From positions 1 to 47,809 of the forward strand of contig JBDQPD010000010.1 in NCBI GenBank assembly GCA_040260805.1: DNA of 47,809 nt, written 5' to 3'. The first letter of the stretch is position 1. Every line of letters begins with the position of its first letter. The position numbers and the translations under genes are program-made. The DNA is from Myxococcota bacterium. GTDB taxonomy: Bacteria; Myxococcota; UBA4151. The notes below the pieces were generated by a model. The model made no database searches. It was not told the origin of the DNA and saw only the letters and a list, made by a program, of their open reading frames with translations. Shown here in pieces: positions 19,411 to 29,758 of this stretch.

Positions 19411-21201
19411 GTGGATGCTCAGATCATCGTTATTGGCGGGGGGCATGCCGGCTGTGAAGCCGCTTTGGCGGCTGCGCGCTCGGGCGCCTCGACGGTGCTG
19501 GTGACCTTACGCGCTTCAGGGATTGGCGAATTGAGCTGCAACCCAGCCATGGGAGGCCTCGCCAAGGGGCACCTGATCAGAGAGCTCGACGCGCTCGGCG
19601 GAGAGATTGGTCGGATGACTGATCGCACGACCCTGTTTCGTCACACGCTTAACCGCAGCCGGGGTCCTGCCGTGCGCGGAACCCGCGCTCAAGTGGACCG
19701 GCCTTTGTATCGGCAATTGATGCAAGAGGTGGTCACCAACCAAGCAGGCCTGGAAGTCGTTGAAGGGCGCGTCTGTGGGTTCTTATCCGAAGATGACCGC
19801 TGCGCCGGCGTGAAGCTTGCCGACGGTCGAGAGCTCCGAAGCGACGCCGTGATCCTCACAACGGGTACTTTTCTCGGGGCGATTTGTCATCGCGGTCAAG
19901 AAGAGACCCCTGGTGGACGACACGGCGAGACCGAGGTCGATGATGGATCGATTTCAGCTCAGCTGCGAAGTTTAGGTTTACGCCTTCAGCGGCTCAAAAC
20001 AGGAACCTGCCCCCGCATCCACCGGGACAGCATCGATTACAGCAAGCTCAGTATTCAATTCAGCGAAAGCGACACGCCTGCCTTTTCTGATGCAGGTGAC
20101 CCGGGTCCTAATGAGGAGATCAACTGCTGGGGTGTTCGAACCAACCCAAACCTCCATGATGTCGTCCGTGACAATCTTCATCGAGCGTCCATCTATGGTG
20201 GGCGATTAGGAGCTGAAGGCCCCCGCTACTGCCCAAGCTTTGAGGATAAGATCTCCCGCTTTGGTGAACGCGACAGTCACCAACTATGGCTTGAGCCTGA
20301 AGGGCTTGAGAGCCCGCAGATGTACCTGGGCGGGATGAGCACAAGCTTACCGCGAGATGTTCAAGAAGAGATGCTCAAACGCCTACCCGGCTTTGAACAG
20401 GCAGAGGTTTTGGTGTGGGGCTATGCGGTCGCTTACGACGCCATCGACCCGATACAACTCGATCGCCATTTGATGGTCCGGCAGCTGCCCGGCTTGTACC
20501 TGGCGGGGCAAATCAACGGCACCTCTGGCTATGAGGAAGCTGCCGCTCAAGGGTTTTGGGCGGCGATCAATGCCTGGCGTACGATCAATAATGAGCCCGA
20601 GTTTGTCCTTGCGCGCGATCAGGCTTACATGGGCGTTTTGATCGATGATCTGACCACACGAGGATGCCGCGAGCCCTATCGAATGCTGACCAGTCGAGCC
20701 GAGTACCGGCTTGAACTGCGCGAGAGCAATGCCTGGCTTCGGCTCACCAAAGAAGCGCACGAGCTTGGATTGGTCAGCGCTGAGCGCCTCGCCGCCCGTG
20801 ATCAGCGCTACGAACGAATCGAAGCCGCACGCAAAGCTCTTCATGCCAAACGCCATCAAGGGGTTTCAGCCTGGGATCGGCTCCTCAGACCCCAAGAAGA
20901 CGCTGAGGCGATTTTGGATGACGCTGGGATTAACTTAGCGGGTAGTGATCGCGCTGAATTGGTCGCCTCGGGGCGATACGCTGGCTACATTGCGCGTGAG
21001 CGAAGGCGCCTCGCAGCTCAGCGCGACCTCGACCGCGTCCGGATCCCGACCGGATTTGATTACGCCGGACGCCCCAGCCTTTCCAACGAGGCGGTCGAAC
21101 GGCTTGAGGCCGTGCGCCCTGAAACTCTTGGTCAAGCGGCTAGGATCTCAGGGGTTACCCCTGCAGCTGTCCAGGTGATCGCGTTGAGCCTGAGGAGCTA
21201 G
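19411..21201 (+). CDS. mnmG: tRNA uridine 5-carboxymethylaminomethyl modification enzyme MnmG/GidA
   Basis: [70 protein letters not shown]. Confidence 0.97.
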   Translation: MDAQIIVIGGGHAGCEAALAAARSGASTVLVTLRASGIGELSCNPAMGGLAKGHLIRELDALGGEIGRMTDRTTLFRHTLNRSRGPAVRGTRAQVDRPLYRQLMQEVVTNQAGLEVVEGRVCGFLSEDDRCAGVKLADGRELRSDAVILTTGTFLGAICHRGQEETPGGRHGETEVDDGSISAQLRSLGLRLQRLKTGTCPRIHRDSIDYSKLSIQFSESDTPAFSDAGDPGPNEEINCWGVRTNPNLHDVVRDNLHRASIYGGRLGAEGPRYCPSFEDKISRFGERDSHQLWLEPEGLESPQMYLGGMSTSLPRDVQEEMLKRLPGFEQAEVLVWGYAVAYDAIDPIQLDRHLMVRQLPGLYLAGQINGTSGYEEAAAQGFWAAINAWRTINNEPEFVLARDQAYMGVLIDDLTTRGCREPYRMLTSRAEYRLELRESNAWLRLTKEAHELGLVSAERLAARDQRYERIEAARKALHAKRHQGVSAWDRLLRPQEDAEAILDDAGINLAGSDRAELVASGRYAGYIARERRRLAAQRDLDRVRIPTGFDYAGRPSLSNEAVERLEAVRPETLGQAARISGVTPAAVQVIALSLRS

Positions 21202-21204
21202 GAG

Positions 21205-23694
21205 ATGCTCTTAGCGGCTATGCTCTGGATCGCAGCGCCGCCCGTGGTCGTCGATTGGCGGCTGCAAGCTGCCGCTGCTGATCCAGTCGTTGCTGAGCTT
21301 CTTGGTTATGACGCCGAACGCCTTCCAGTGTGGGTCGAACTCGAGACAGAGTCGATGCAGACCTGGCGAAACCTGCGCAAAGCCGGCCTGCGCGGCGGGG
21401 TCGATAACCAGCCCTTGATCGGGCCTTTTAGCAGCGGCTGGGTGGCACCTAGCGATCTTGCACAACTCGCCGCCGTTCCTGGTCTGGTTCGACTTGAAAC
21501 CTATACGCCGGCGCAGGTCCATGCGCCGCTCTATGCGACCAACGAACACCTCCGCTCGCGCCGAAGCGCCAATCTTTATAGCCCCAACCGTGCCCTCTAT
21601 GGTCAGGGCGTTCGAGTGGCTAACATCGATGTCGGATTGGACTTCTTTCACCCCGCATTTTTCGAGCCCGGTGAGCCCGTCAATTTTGTCGACGTCGATC
21701 AATCAGGAGACCTAACGCCAGGCGACGGAATTGATCTGAACCAAAACGGAACGATCGATGAAGATGAACACCTCAAAGTCATCCAGAGCAAGATTCATGA
21801 TTGGCGAGACGGTCTCATCGAAGGCTCAGAGCTCGATCGACTCGAGCCCGACCTCGATTGGTTGTACATCGATCAAAACGCTAACGGCCGTCGAGACTTT
21901 GGTGGCGAGGCGCTCACCCTAGGCGAGCAAACACCAGGGTTTGGTGAGCCCGTATTTTCGATTCTAGATCGAGACGGAGACGGTCAATTCTCGAGCAAGG
22001 ATCAACTGCTGCGCTTAGGAGCGTCACGCGTCGCGTCGTATCGCCACGGGCACCGCAGCTATCATCGCCACGTCGATCTGACCGCAGCGCCGCATGGCAA
22101 CGACTTTCATGGCACCGGAGTGTGGGGTATTTTAGCGGCTGGGCCTGTGGGTCATCGCTTCGCCGGCATCGCTCCTAAAGCGACCATCCTTCATTTTCAT
22201 CGCAACCAATTTAACCTGGTCGACTCGGTCCACTTTGCGATCGCTGAAAAAGCGGACCTGGTGCTGCACGAGTATGGCGCCTGGGTCCATCAAACCGGCG
22301 ATGGCTCCTCAATTGTTGAGCGCCTGGTAGGGCACAGTCAGGCGTTGGGTGTTCCCCACGTCTTGCCCGCAGGCAACCTAGCGAGCTCAAGGCGCTCAGC
22401 GAAGCTCACGATCCCTGCAGGTGAAACCAAGCGGCTGACCTTGTTTCTTCCTGCGCGACAGATCGAGGTTCTCTATGGCTCGATGATCTGGACAGGCCCA
22501 GACAACCTCGAATTGTACCTGGAGCCTCGAGGTGGCGACGAGGCGAGGGTTCCTAGCGACGCCATTCGGTCCCAAGCCTTTGACCGGGATGAACGACTCA
22601 TCGTTGGAGAGCAACGCACCAACGCGCGTGGAACTCGCAAACTCGATTGGGTGCTTTGGGGGTGGCAGAATCGCCTACGACAGCTCCCGAACCGGGCCTG
22701 GGCAGTGCGCGTGGTGAACCCATCAGATCAACCCATCGATCTCTTGCTCCGCATCGCCGACAACAAAACCTCATGGATCGGCGGCGCTCATTTTCGAGGC
22801 GAAGGGTTCTCGACCAAGGTCAGCTCGGCGACGTGGCCCTCAACGGCAACGGGTAACGCCGACCATGGTCTTTCAGTGTTCGCCTTTACAGGGCGCGCTG
22901 AACGAGCGGGTGGAGCCGACAGCGAAGCGACAGGTGATTTACGAAGCTACTCAGGACATGGCCCGCGGATCGATGGGCGTGATCTAGTCGGCGTCGCAGC
23001 ACCCGATAACCCTTCGACCACGTGGCCGGCCTCGGCGAATGAAGTAGGCCCCGCCGGTTACGGGAGTTTCAATGGAACGTCAGGCGCTGGACCCCATGTT
23101 GCCGGAGCCTTAGCCTTGATGGTCCAGGCCGGCTGGAGCGCCCACGATGCGGTCAATCAGCTGCTTCAAAGCGCTCAGCGCGATGAGCAAGTAGAAGCCG
23201 GCCCCGAACAAGCTTGGGGCGGCGGTAAAGTTCGTCTTGATCGCGCCCTGAGCCATCCACTTGAACCCCTGCTTGAGTCGTTCACTCCGCCGCAGATCGA
23301 TGAGCCAGGTCCCTTCGCCTTAGTCAGCCCGCCGGAGAGCGGCTGGCAACGCCTTCGCCTCTCGAGCAACCGGTCCTGGCTTGATTGGCGATCAACGCCG
23401 ATGTTTCTTCAGGGAGCCTCAGCGCCTGTACAGGTCGAATGGGTGAGCGACGAGGGGCGGCGCGGGCGCTATCTGGTTGAACTGACCACCCCAAGCCAAG
23501 CGAGCGACTCTCAAGGCCTCCCTGCCCCCTTAGGACAGGCGGTGGTAACCGAGGACTCGAGCCGATCACCGGCTGACTTTGCGCGCCCAGAAGATGCGCT
23601 TCTCGGCGCACCCCCTGCCGCCTCTAGCTGCCAGCATATGGCGCCCTCCTTATGGTTGGGGCTGGCCGTATTGGGTCTTCGGAGGCGACGATGA
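21205..23694 (+). CDS. Secreted S8 subtilisin-like serine protease with MYXO-CTERM-like anchor
   Basis: Catalytic triad VANIDVG, HGTGVWGILAA, FNGTSGAGPHVAG; oxyanion PAGN; tail SSC..PSLWLGLAVLGLRRRR. Confidence 0.85.
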   Translation: MLLAAMLWIAAPPVVVDWRLQAAAADPVVAELLGYDAERLPVWVELETESMQTWRNLRKAGLRGGVDNQPLIGPFSSGWVAPSDLAQLAAVPGLVRLETYTPAQVHAPLYATNEHLRSRRSANLYSPNRALYGQGVRVANIDVGLDFFHPAFFEPGEPVNFVDVDQSGDLTPGDGIDLNQNGTIDEDEHLKVIQSKIHDWRDGLIEGSELDRLEPDLDWLYIDQNANGRRDFGGEALTLGEQTPGFGEPVFSILDRDGDGQFSSKDQLLRLGASRVASYRHGHRSYHRHVDLTAAPHGNDFHGTGVWGILAAGPVGHRFAGIAPKATILHFHRNQFNLVDSVHFAIAEKADLVLHEYGAWVHQTGDGSSIVERLVGHSQALGVPHVLPAGNLASSRRSAKLTIPAGETKRLTLFLPARQIEVLYGSMIWTGPDNLELYLEPRGGDEARVPSDAIRSQAFDRDERLIVGEQRTNARGTRKLDWVLWGWQNRLRQLPNRAWAVRVVNPSDQPIDLLLRIADNKTSWIGGAHFRGEGFSTKVSSATWPSTATGNADHGLSVFAFTGRAERAGGADSEATGDLRSYSGHGPRIDGRDLVGVAAPDNPSTTWPASANEVGPAGYGSFNGTSGAGPHVAGALALMVQAGWSAHDAVNQLLQSAQRDEQVEAGPEQAWGGGKVRLDRALSHPLEPLLESFTPPQIDEPGPFALVSPPESGWQRLRLSSNRSWLDWRSTPMFLQGASAPVQVEWVSDEGRRGRYLVELTTPSQASDSQGLPAPLGQAVVTEDSSRSPADFARPEDALLGAPPAASSCQHMAPSLWLGLAVLGLRRRR

Positions 23695-24977
23695 ACACCA
23701 TCGTTGCGTGCGCAACCGGTGGAGCTCCGTCTGCGATTGCAGTGGTTCGTCTAAGCGGCGCTCAAGCGCTCCTTATAGCGCGCAACTTATGCGGGGAAAG
23801 CAGCCTTCAGGGTGATCGCAGTTTGGAGCTGGTACAACTCGGCGATGTTCACGGCTTGATCGACCGCTGCCTCGCCGTTCCATTTTTTTCGCCGCGCAGC
23901 TTCACCGGCGAAGACGTCGTAGAATTTCATCTTCATGGCGGCCCCGGACTGGTCGAAGCGGTCATCGAAGCTTGTCTGGCGCTCGGCGCTCGCCGTGCGG
24001 AGCCCGGTGAATTTACTCGGCGCGCCTACTTGGCCGGTAAACTTGACCTCGTTGAAGCCGAAGCGATTGCGGCGCGCGCTTCGGCGGCGACCGCTCGAGC
24101 AGCTCGGCTGGCAGAGGCAGGCGTTGCGGGTCGCCTGAGCCAGTTTGCGCGCGCGACCGAGCAGGAGCTGACGCAGCTGCGAGCTCACGTCGAAGGTTGG
24201 CTCGACTTTGACCCTGAAGAGCTCGACGACGACCACTTAAACCTCTTGGTCGACCGCATCCAAACCTGCGCACAGCGACTCGAGCGCGCTGCGTCGGTAG
24301 GCGCCCGTTCTGTACCGCTATTTGAAGCGCCCATCGTTTTACTTTCAGGACCAGTAAACGCAGGAAAGTCGAGCCTTTTTAATTGCTTGGTCGGTTCTGA
24401 TCGGGCGCTTGTTAGCGCGGAGGCTGGCACGACTCGAGATTGGCTCGAAGCCGAGCTCTCACTCAAAAGCGGACGGATTAGATTGCGTGATTCAGCCGGC
24501 CTTCGTCGAGCAACGGGCGCCGTTGAAGCCGCAGGTATCAAACGCGCGGAGTCCCTTCAGAGCGAGGCCGACCTCGTGCTCTGGTGCTGTCCCGCTGAAA
24601 TCGACTCAAAAGCGCCCGAAGCGGCGCTGCGGCTGTGCACAAAATCAGATCAAAGCGCTGGACCTGGAGTAGCCATATCGTCGCATTCGGGTGAAGGTAT
24701 CGATGAGCTGCTCGAGCACATTAATACCCTACTCTTTGGCGACGCAGTAGCCGACTCAGAGACCGGAGTAGCCACCTCCAAAAGACAGGTCGAACATCTG
24801 CTCAGCGCGAGCGAGCGGACCGTCGCTGCCGCCCATCAAATGACCGATCATGCGCCTGAACTCGCCGCCGCTGACCTACGCGCTGCCTGTGACGCCCTGA
24901 GCGAGCTCACCGGAGCCCAAGAGCCCGATGAGCTCATGCTCGACGCCTTGTTTGGTCAGTTCTGTCTGGGTAAGTAG
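23691..24977 (+). CDS. mnmE: tRNA modification GTPase MnmE/TrmE
   Basis: TIVACAT, PRSFTGEDVVEF, AEPGEFTRRA, GPVNAGKSSL, GTTRD, DSAGLR, C-terminal FCLGK; GGAGG RBS. Confidence 0.96.
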   Translation: MNTIVACATGGAPSAIAVVRLSGAQALLIARNLCGESSLQGDRSLELVQLGDVHGLIDRCLAVPFFSPRSFTGEDVVEFHLHGGPGLVEAVIEACLALGARRAEPGEFTRRAYLAGKLDLVEAEAIAARASAATARAARLAEAGVAGRLSQFARATEQELTQLRAHVEGWLDFDPEELDDDHLNLLVDRIQTCAQRLERAASVGARSVPLFEAPIVLLSGPVNAGKSSLFNCLVGSDRALVSAEAGTTRDWLEAELSLKSGRIRLRDSAGLRRATGAVEAAGIKRAESLQSEADLVLWCCPAEIDSKAPEAALRLCTKSDQSAGPGVAISSHSGEGIDELLEHINTLLFGDAVADSETGVATSKRQVEHLLSASERTVAAAHQMTDHAPELAAADLRAACDALSELTGAQEPDELMLDALFGQFCLGK

Positions 24978-24979
24978 AC

Positions 24980-25921
24980 CTAGCCGCGTCCGGTGCTCTC
25001 GAGCCAGCGCTCAGCGTCGATAGCAGCCATGCAGCCTGTGCCAGCGGCGGTGATCGCTTGTCGGTACACGTGGTCGGTTGCATCACCGGACACAAAGACG
25101 CCCTCATGAATCGTTCGGGCGCTGTCGGGTTGGTGATCAAGGTATCCTGCAGGATCTTTTGGGAGGGCGTCGCCGGTCCACGCCGTGTTCGGCGTGTGAC
25201 CAATCGCCACAAAAAGACCGTCACAGGCGAACTCTTCTCGCTCACCCGTTTGGGTGTTTTCGGTAACAATTGCCTTGAGACCGCCCTCAGAGACCTCTCC
25301 GAGGCAATCAACCACCACCTTATTCCAATGCATCGTGATTTTATCGTGGCTCAACACTCGCTCCTGCATCGGTTTTGAGGCGCGCAGGCTGTCGCGGCGG
25401 TGCATGACGTGAACCTCGCTGGCGAAACGCGTCAAAAAGGAGGCCTCCTCCATCGCCGTATCACCGCCACCGACCACGACCACCTTGGAGTTGCGGAAGA
25501 AGGCGCCGTCGCAGGTGGCGCAAGCTGAGACGCCGTAGCCCATCAGCTTGCTCTCGTTCTCCAGCCCAAGCAGGCGCGCCGATGCGCCCGAGGCGATAAT
25601 TAGAGCATCGCAGGTTAGCGTCGAGCCGTCTGTGAGATGAAGCTTCTTGGGGTGAGCTTCAAGCTCACACGATTCGACCTCAGCAAACTCAAAAGTCGTC
25701 CCAAAGCGCTCCACTTGTTTGCGGAAACGATCCATCAATTCGGGGCCCATCACGCCCTCTGGAAAACCGGGATAGTTTTCAACATCGGTGGTGATCGTGA
25801 GCTGGCCTCCAGGCTGCATGCCGTCAAGCACATGAGGAGCGAGGTTGGCGCGAGCCGTGTACAGCGCGGCGGTTAGACCGGCGGGTCCGGAGCCGACAAT
25901 AATCACTTTATGATGGGTCAT
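24980..25921 (-). CDS. trxB: Thioredoxin-disulfide reductase
   Basis: GSGPAG, GGQL..TTDVENYPGF, CATCDG, GGGDTAMEE, YRQAITAAGTGCMAA. Confidence 0.97.
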   Translation of the reverse strand: MTHHKVIIVGSGPAGLTAALYTARANLAPHVLDGMQPGGQLTITTDVENYPGFPEGVMGPELMDRFRKQVERFGTTFEFAEVESCELEAHPKKLHLTDGSTLTCDALIIASGASARLLGLENESKLMGYGVSACATCDGAFFRNSKVVVVGGGDTAMEEASFLTRFASEVHVMHRRDSLRASKPMQERVLSHDKITMHWNKVVVDCLGEVSEGGLKAIVTENTQTGEREEFACDGLFVAIGHTPNTAWTGDALPKDPAGYLDHQPDSARTIHEGVFVSGDATDHVYRQAITAAGTGCMAAIDAERWLESTGRG

Positions 25922-25947
25922 GAGGAGATCCTTTGAATTCGATTGTG

Positions 25948-26775
25948 CTAATATAAGGGCTGAATTTCTAAACGGAAGTGATCCACCGCACCCGCAACCA
26001 TCGCCATACCAAAAGCTGCGGTCACAAAACCGACCGAGCCGAGCACGACGTTGCGGTGGTCACAGGTGTGTAAATCGCGAAACTCACCATCAGGCGCTGG
26101 GCAGACACAGACATGATCAAATGGTGTTTCCGTGCTTTGAGCCTCATTGGGTGGCTCGGTAGAATAGACGCATGAGATGCCGGAATCGATGGCGTAGAGC
26201 TTCCGCAGAATCTTACGGATCGAGCGCGCCATCGGGTCAGTGTGGGTCTCGGATAAGTCGGCTCGACGCACCTGAGTTGGATCCAGTCGAGCGGCTGCAC
26301 CCATGCTTGATATCACGGGAATACCCCGCTCTTTACACTGAGCGAGGAGGTGGCATTTGGCGGTCAGGTTATCGATCGCATCAAGGACCAGATCAGGCTT
26401 TAGAGACAACAACTCGTCACTCGATGCTTCGTTGTAAAATGCGATGCGAGCGTCGACATTTGCGGCCGGGTTGATCGCGAGCAAGCGCTCGGCCATCACC
26501 GCCGCCTTATGCTTGCCGATGGTCCCTTTGCGGGCGTGGAGTTGGCGGTTGGTGTTGGTGACGCAGACTTTATCAAAGTCAACCAAGCTGAGCTGTCCAA
26601 CGCCCGTTCGAGTCAACATCTCCGCCGCCCAAGAGCCCACGCCGCCGAGCCCGACCACCATCACATGTCTCAGCTTGAGATTCTCGACCAAAGGAGAACC
26701 CAAGAGGCGCTCTCCCCGATGAAAACGAAGCTGCTCAGTCGCTTTTCTTTTAATGCTTGTTTCGACTTCGATCAT
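25948..26775 (-). CDS. tcdA: tRNA threonylcarbamoyladenosine dehydratase (ThiF family)
   Basis: GLGGVGSWAAE.L.RTGVG, DFDKVCVTNTNRQLHA, DAID, SSMGAA..LDPT, CVYSTE. Confidence 0.88.
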   Translation of the reverse strand: MIEVETSIKRKATEQLRFHRGERLLGSPLVENLKLRHVMVVGLGGVGSWAAEMLTRTGVGQLSLVDFDKVCVTNTNRQLHARKGTIGKHKAAVMAERLLAINPAANVDARIAFYNEASSDELLSLKPDLVLDAIDNLTAKCHLLAQCKERGIPVISSMGAAARLDPTQVRRADLSETHTDPMARSIRKILRKLYAIDSGISCVYSTEPPNEAQSTETPFDHVCVCPAPDGEFRDLHTCDHRNVVLGSVGFVTAAFGMAMVAGAVDHFRLEIQPLY

Positions 26776-27488
26776 CACTCGCCCTCTAAGAACCGATTGT
26801 AGTTGGCAAAAACTAACGCTTTGATCGAGTCCGAAGAACAATTCTTTGCGCGCGCTGCAGCCTCATAGAGCGCGGGCAGAGTATCCCAAGGCGCATCATC
26901 CTCACATTCTGCGTCGGATTCGAGCAGCAACAGATGATCAGGGACAGCCTCGAGCAACCGCAGGTCGCGGCCAACACGCGGGCCAACAGAGACATAGTAC
27001 CCGGCGCTCCACCAAGGCTCAAAACGTGAAGGTCGCCCGCCACAGCGATGCAACATCACCGAGCTTGGATGCCGTCGAATCGCCGAAAGAAGTGAGCCGC
27101 CATCGCCCACGAGATGCACAATCAGCGGCAGCGCATGAGCGCGAGCCAATTCGAGCTGCTTTGAGAGGATCTCCACTTGGTCTGGGCCTGCGTTTCGATC
27201 CAAACCCACCTCACCCAGCGCGTGCGGGCGCTGGTCGGTGATCGCCTGATCCAAACGATGAGACCAATCGGGCTCAGGATCGAATAAAGGATGCTGGCCG
27301 TATCCGAACTCTACCCCGTCAAGCCGCAAAGGCTGCTCATAAGGCTCACAGACCCCTGGGATTAAGGTGCGTTGGATGCCAGCTGAGCGCAGCCGCGCTA
27401 GCGCGGCGGCCGGGTCATCAAAGCGATCGAGATGAATATGGGCGTCGATCAATTTGCGCTTCGCTCTCACCTGTTCAATTCTGCCCAT
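26775..27488 (-). CDS. TatD family hydrolase
   Basis: LIDAHIHL, GQHP, LGEVGLD, PLIVH, LLLESD. Start at ATG 27488 or TTG 27452. Confidence 0.85.
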   Translation of the reverse strand: MGRIEQVRAKRKLIDAHIHLDRFDDPAAALARLRSAGIQRTLIPGVCEPYEQPLRLDGVEFGYGQHPLFDPEPDWSHRLDQAITDQRPHALGEVGLDRNAGPDQVEILSKQLELARAHALPLIVHLVGDGGSLLSAIRRHPSSVMLHRCGGRPSRFEPWWSAGYYVSVGPRVGRDLRLLEAVPDHLLLLESDAECEDDAPWDTLPALYEAAARAKNCSSDSIKALVFANYNRFLEGE

Positions 27489-27521
27489 GCACCGCCTACT
27501 AAGTCGATACAAGGAGGTCCC

Positions 27522-28040
27522 ATGAGCAAGCCATCATTAGTCGAAGCTTTTGAGACCCTCTTGCGCGAGCTGCCGGGTCAATGCCCGACCGAGCGACAGC
27601 TTGAATCTTGGGCTCTACGTCTAGCCTCTGCGTGGAGTGATGAGCTCCTTGGCGGTGAAGCGATCGACCTTTGCGATGCCCTAGGCTCGCCGATGGATTT
27701 GCCCACGCGGCGACAAGACATTGCGATGTCTGGCATCCGCTTTTCGCTCGTTTGTCCGCATCATCTAACGCTCGCTATCGGCGAGGCGAGCATTAGCTAT
27801 CAGCCACGCCACCGAGTAGCGGGGCCTTCAGGCCTGGTTCGGCTGATCGATGCGGCCACGAGGCGCCGCATCCTCCAAGAAGAGGCAGCCGAGTTAATCG
27901 CGGACACGCTCGAGCAGGTGCTTCAGCCCAACAACCTTGAGGTCGTGCTTCGCAGCGAACAAACCTGCGTCAGCTGCCGCGGTGTTCGTCGTCAGGGTAC
28001 GGACTTTATCACCACGGTGCGACGCGGACACTCCGTCTAG
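27522..28040 (+). CDS. folE: GTP cyclohydrolase I-like protein (divergent)
   Basis: AAGGAGG RBS; FSLVCPHHL, YQPR..VAG.S.L.R, RR.LQE, TCVSCRGV. Confidence 0.75.
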   Translation: MSKPSLVEAFETLLRELPGQCPTERQLESWALRLASAWSDELLGGEAIDLCDALGSPMDLPTRRQDIAMSGIRFSLVCPHHLTLAIGEASISYQPRHRVAGPSGLVRLIDAATRRRILQEEAAELIADTLEQVLQPNNLEVVLRSEQTCVSCRGVRRQGTDFITTVRRGHSV

Positions 28041-28041
28041 C

Positions 28042-29748
28042 TCAAAAGCTGCGCTTGTAACTGAGCACCACTCGATCGTTGTGCCCGTAGCCGCCAAACA
28101 TAGACCCGCTCGGGCCGCCAAAAAACTCGCCGCTGAGGCGCAGCTGCTCGCGCTCTTCATCAACCAACCAAGCAACCGACGGCATGATCAGCCAATCCTG
28201 GTCCACAGGGTGAATCACGCCAGCGACAACCCACTCTAGGCGTTCTTTGTACTGACTCTTGAGCGCCATGTTGATGGTCACCAGATGCGACGCATCTGGG
28301 TCAAAGGGGCGGTCCAATCGCCCGTCCGCAGTCAGCGAGCTGGTGTCCAAGAGCATCAGCGGTTTGTTGGCGACGTCAAAGACGGTAAAGTCACTGATCC
28401 CTAAAACGGCGATTAAACGGGGTGGGCTTTGGTACTCAATCTGCAGCGCTGTGTGCAGAGTCGCTAGCCCAGGCAAAGGCTCCATCAGCGGCGAAAACAG
28501 TGTTCTTCCACCCAAAAATCGAGGTGTCCAAGCGCTCTCGAGGGCGAAGACAAAAGATCCATAACTACGGCGCACCTGAGCACCTAACTGAGCTAAGCGA
28601 TGAAAAACGCTGGTGATCAAACTCGAGCCATCACCGAGCGCGCGGGCTTCTGCCATCTTGGTTTGAAACCGCTCCAGCGCAGCGATGGTTTCGGGCGTGA
28701 ACTGCTCGAGCAGTGGCGTCGTACCCATCGTGGTCATCAGCGTTAGAACAGCCGCTAAATCCGGGTCCATTTTCAGCTCAGGAAAAGTATCAAACCCATA
28801 AAATCCCCACACCCCAATTTCGGCTCCATAGAGGCGGCCGCGCAGGCGAAGAGCGCCTGAAAAGTCTTCGGGGGTGAATTCGGGCTTAGCAAAGTAAAAT
28901 AGATTATTCTGCCACTCGTCCTCGACGCTTCGGTCAAAGAGCCACGAGATGTCGCCGATCGGTAAATTGGCGCTTTGATCTGGACTCGCCACGCCCCAAT
29001 CGGTGCCCCAAAGACGTATCTCAAGGGGGCGGTCTCGCGGCACAAAGGCAAAATCAAGGTGCACGTCATGCGTATAGTTCAGCGTATAACGCGCCACCAC
29101 TGCCTCTACAGGCAAGGACAGGTCCTCGGGCTCGCCAGCTAAACCAAAGCGCAGATCGCGCGCCGCGAACATCACCGACGGACCCATGCCATCGGTAACA
29201 CTCCAATCTACTTTCTGCAGGCCCAGTTGAAAGACTAAATCCTGACCAAAGCGATGATCATAACGCACCTCAGTCAGCTCGGTGAGTAAGACCGTCTTGC
29301 TTTGACCCCCCTCGTCGGGATGATCCCAGCCGCCCCACAGCCGAGCCCTTGCGCCGACTCGCCAGCTCCGACCAGGCGCCAGGCGATGCCTTAGCTGCAG
29401 ACGCAACAACCCCCAGCTCTCGATCACGTCTTCTGGGGCGCCCAGCGTTGACGGGTCATGCACCGTATCGAGCGCGAGCGCCGTCTCCAGGCTCGACAAC
29501 ACAAGCGTTGAGGGTTTGAAGGCCGGCTTGGTCAGCTCAGGTGGGCTTTGAGCCATTTCGTCTTCAAGCACGATTTCATCGCCTAAAGAGGACGCTTTAG
29601 GCGGGGTTTCCGGCTCGTCTTCGAGCACGATTTCATCGCCATCATCTGCAGTCAAAGTCTGGGCAGAGCTCGGCTCTTCGATGACGATTTCATCATCATC
29701 AACCGCAGGGGTGGCGAGCAGAAAAAACGTGATCAGTAACGGTTGCAT
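28042..29748 (-). CDS. Putative outer-membrane beta-barrel protein with acidic N-terminal repeats
   Basis: Signal peptide; GLQKVDWSVTD; C-terminal FGGYGHNDRVVLSYKRSF ending in Phe. Confidence 0.65.
   Translation of the reverse strand: MQPLLITFFLLATPAVDDDEIVIEEPSSAQTLTADDGDEIVLEDEPETPPKASSLGDEIVLEDEMAQSPPELTKPAFKPSTLVLSSLETALALDTVHDPSTLGAPEDVIESWGLLRLQLRHRLAPGRSWRVGARARLWGGWDHPDEGGQSKTVLLTELTEVRYDHRFGQDLVFQLGLQKVDWSVTDGMGPSVMFAARDLRFGLAGEPEDLSLPVEAVVARYTLNYTHDVHLDFAFVPRDRPLEIRLWGTDWGVASPDQSANLPIGDISWLFDRSVEDEWQNNLFYFAKPEFTPEDFSGALRLRGRLYGAEIGVWGFYGFDTFPELKMDPDLAAVLTLMTTMGTTPLLEQFTPETIAALERFQTKMAEARALGDGSSLITSVFHRLAQLGAQVRRSYGSFVFALESAWTPRFLGGRTLFSPLMEPLPGLATLHTALQIEYQSPPRLIAVLGISDFTVFDVANKPLMLLDTSSLTADGRLDRPFDPDASHLVTINMALKSQYKERLEWVVAGVIHPVDQDWLIMPSVAWLVDEEREQLRLSGEFFGGPSGSMFGGYGHNDRVVLSYKRSF
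29558..29697 (-). repeat. Three intragenic repeats encoding (G/D)DEIV(L/I)E(D/E)
   Basis: On the + strand: tcgtcttcaagcacgatttcatcgcc, tcgtcttcgagcacgatttcatcgcc and ctcttcgatgacgatttcatcatc. Confidence 0.75.
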
Positions 29749-29758
29749 GGGCGACTGT

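Noticed and set aside
29558..29697. CRISPR-like spaced repeats
   Set aside because: Only three degenerate copies, in frame within a CDS, with no cas genes.
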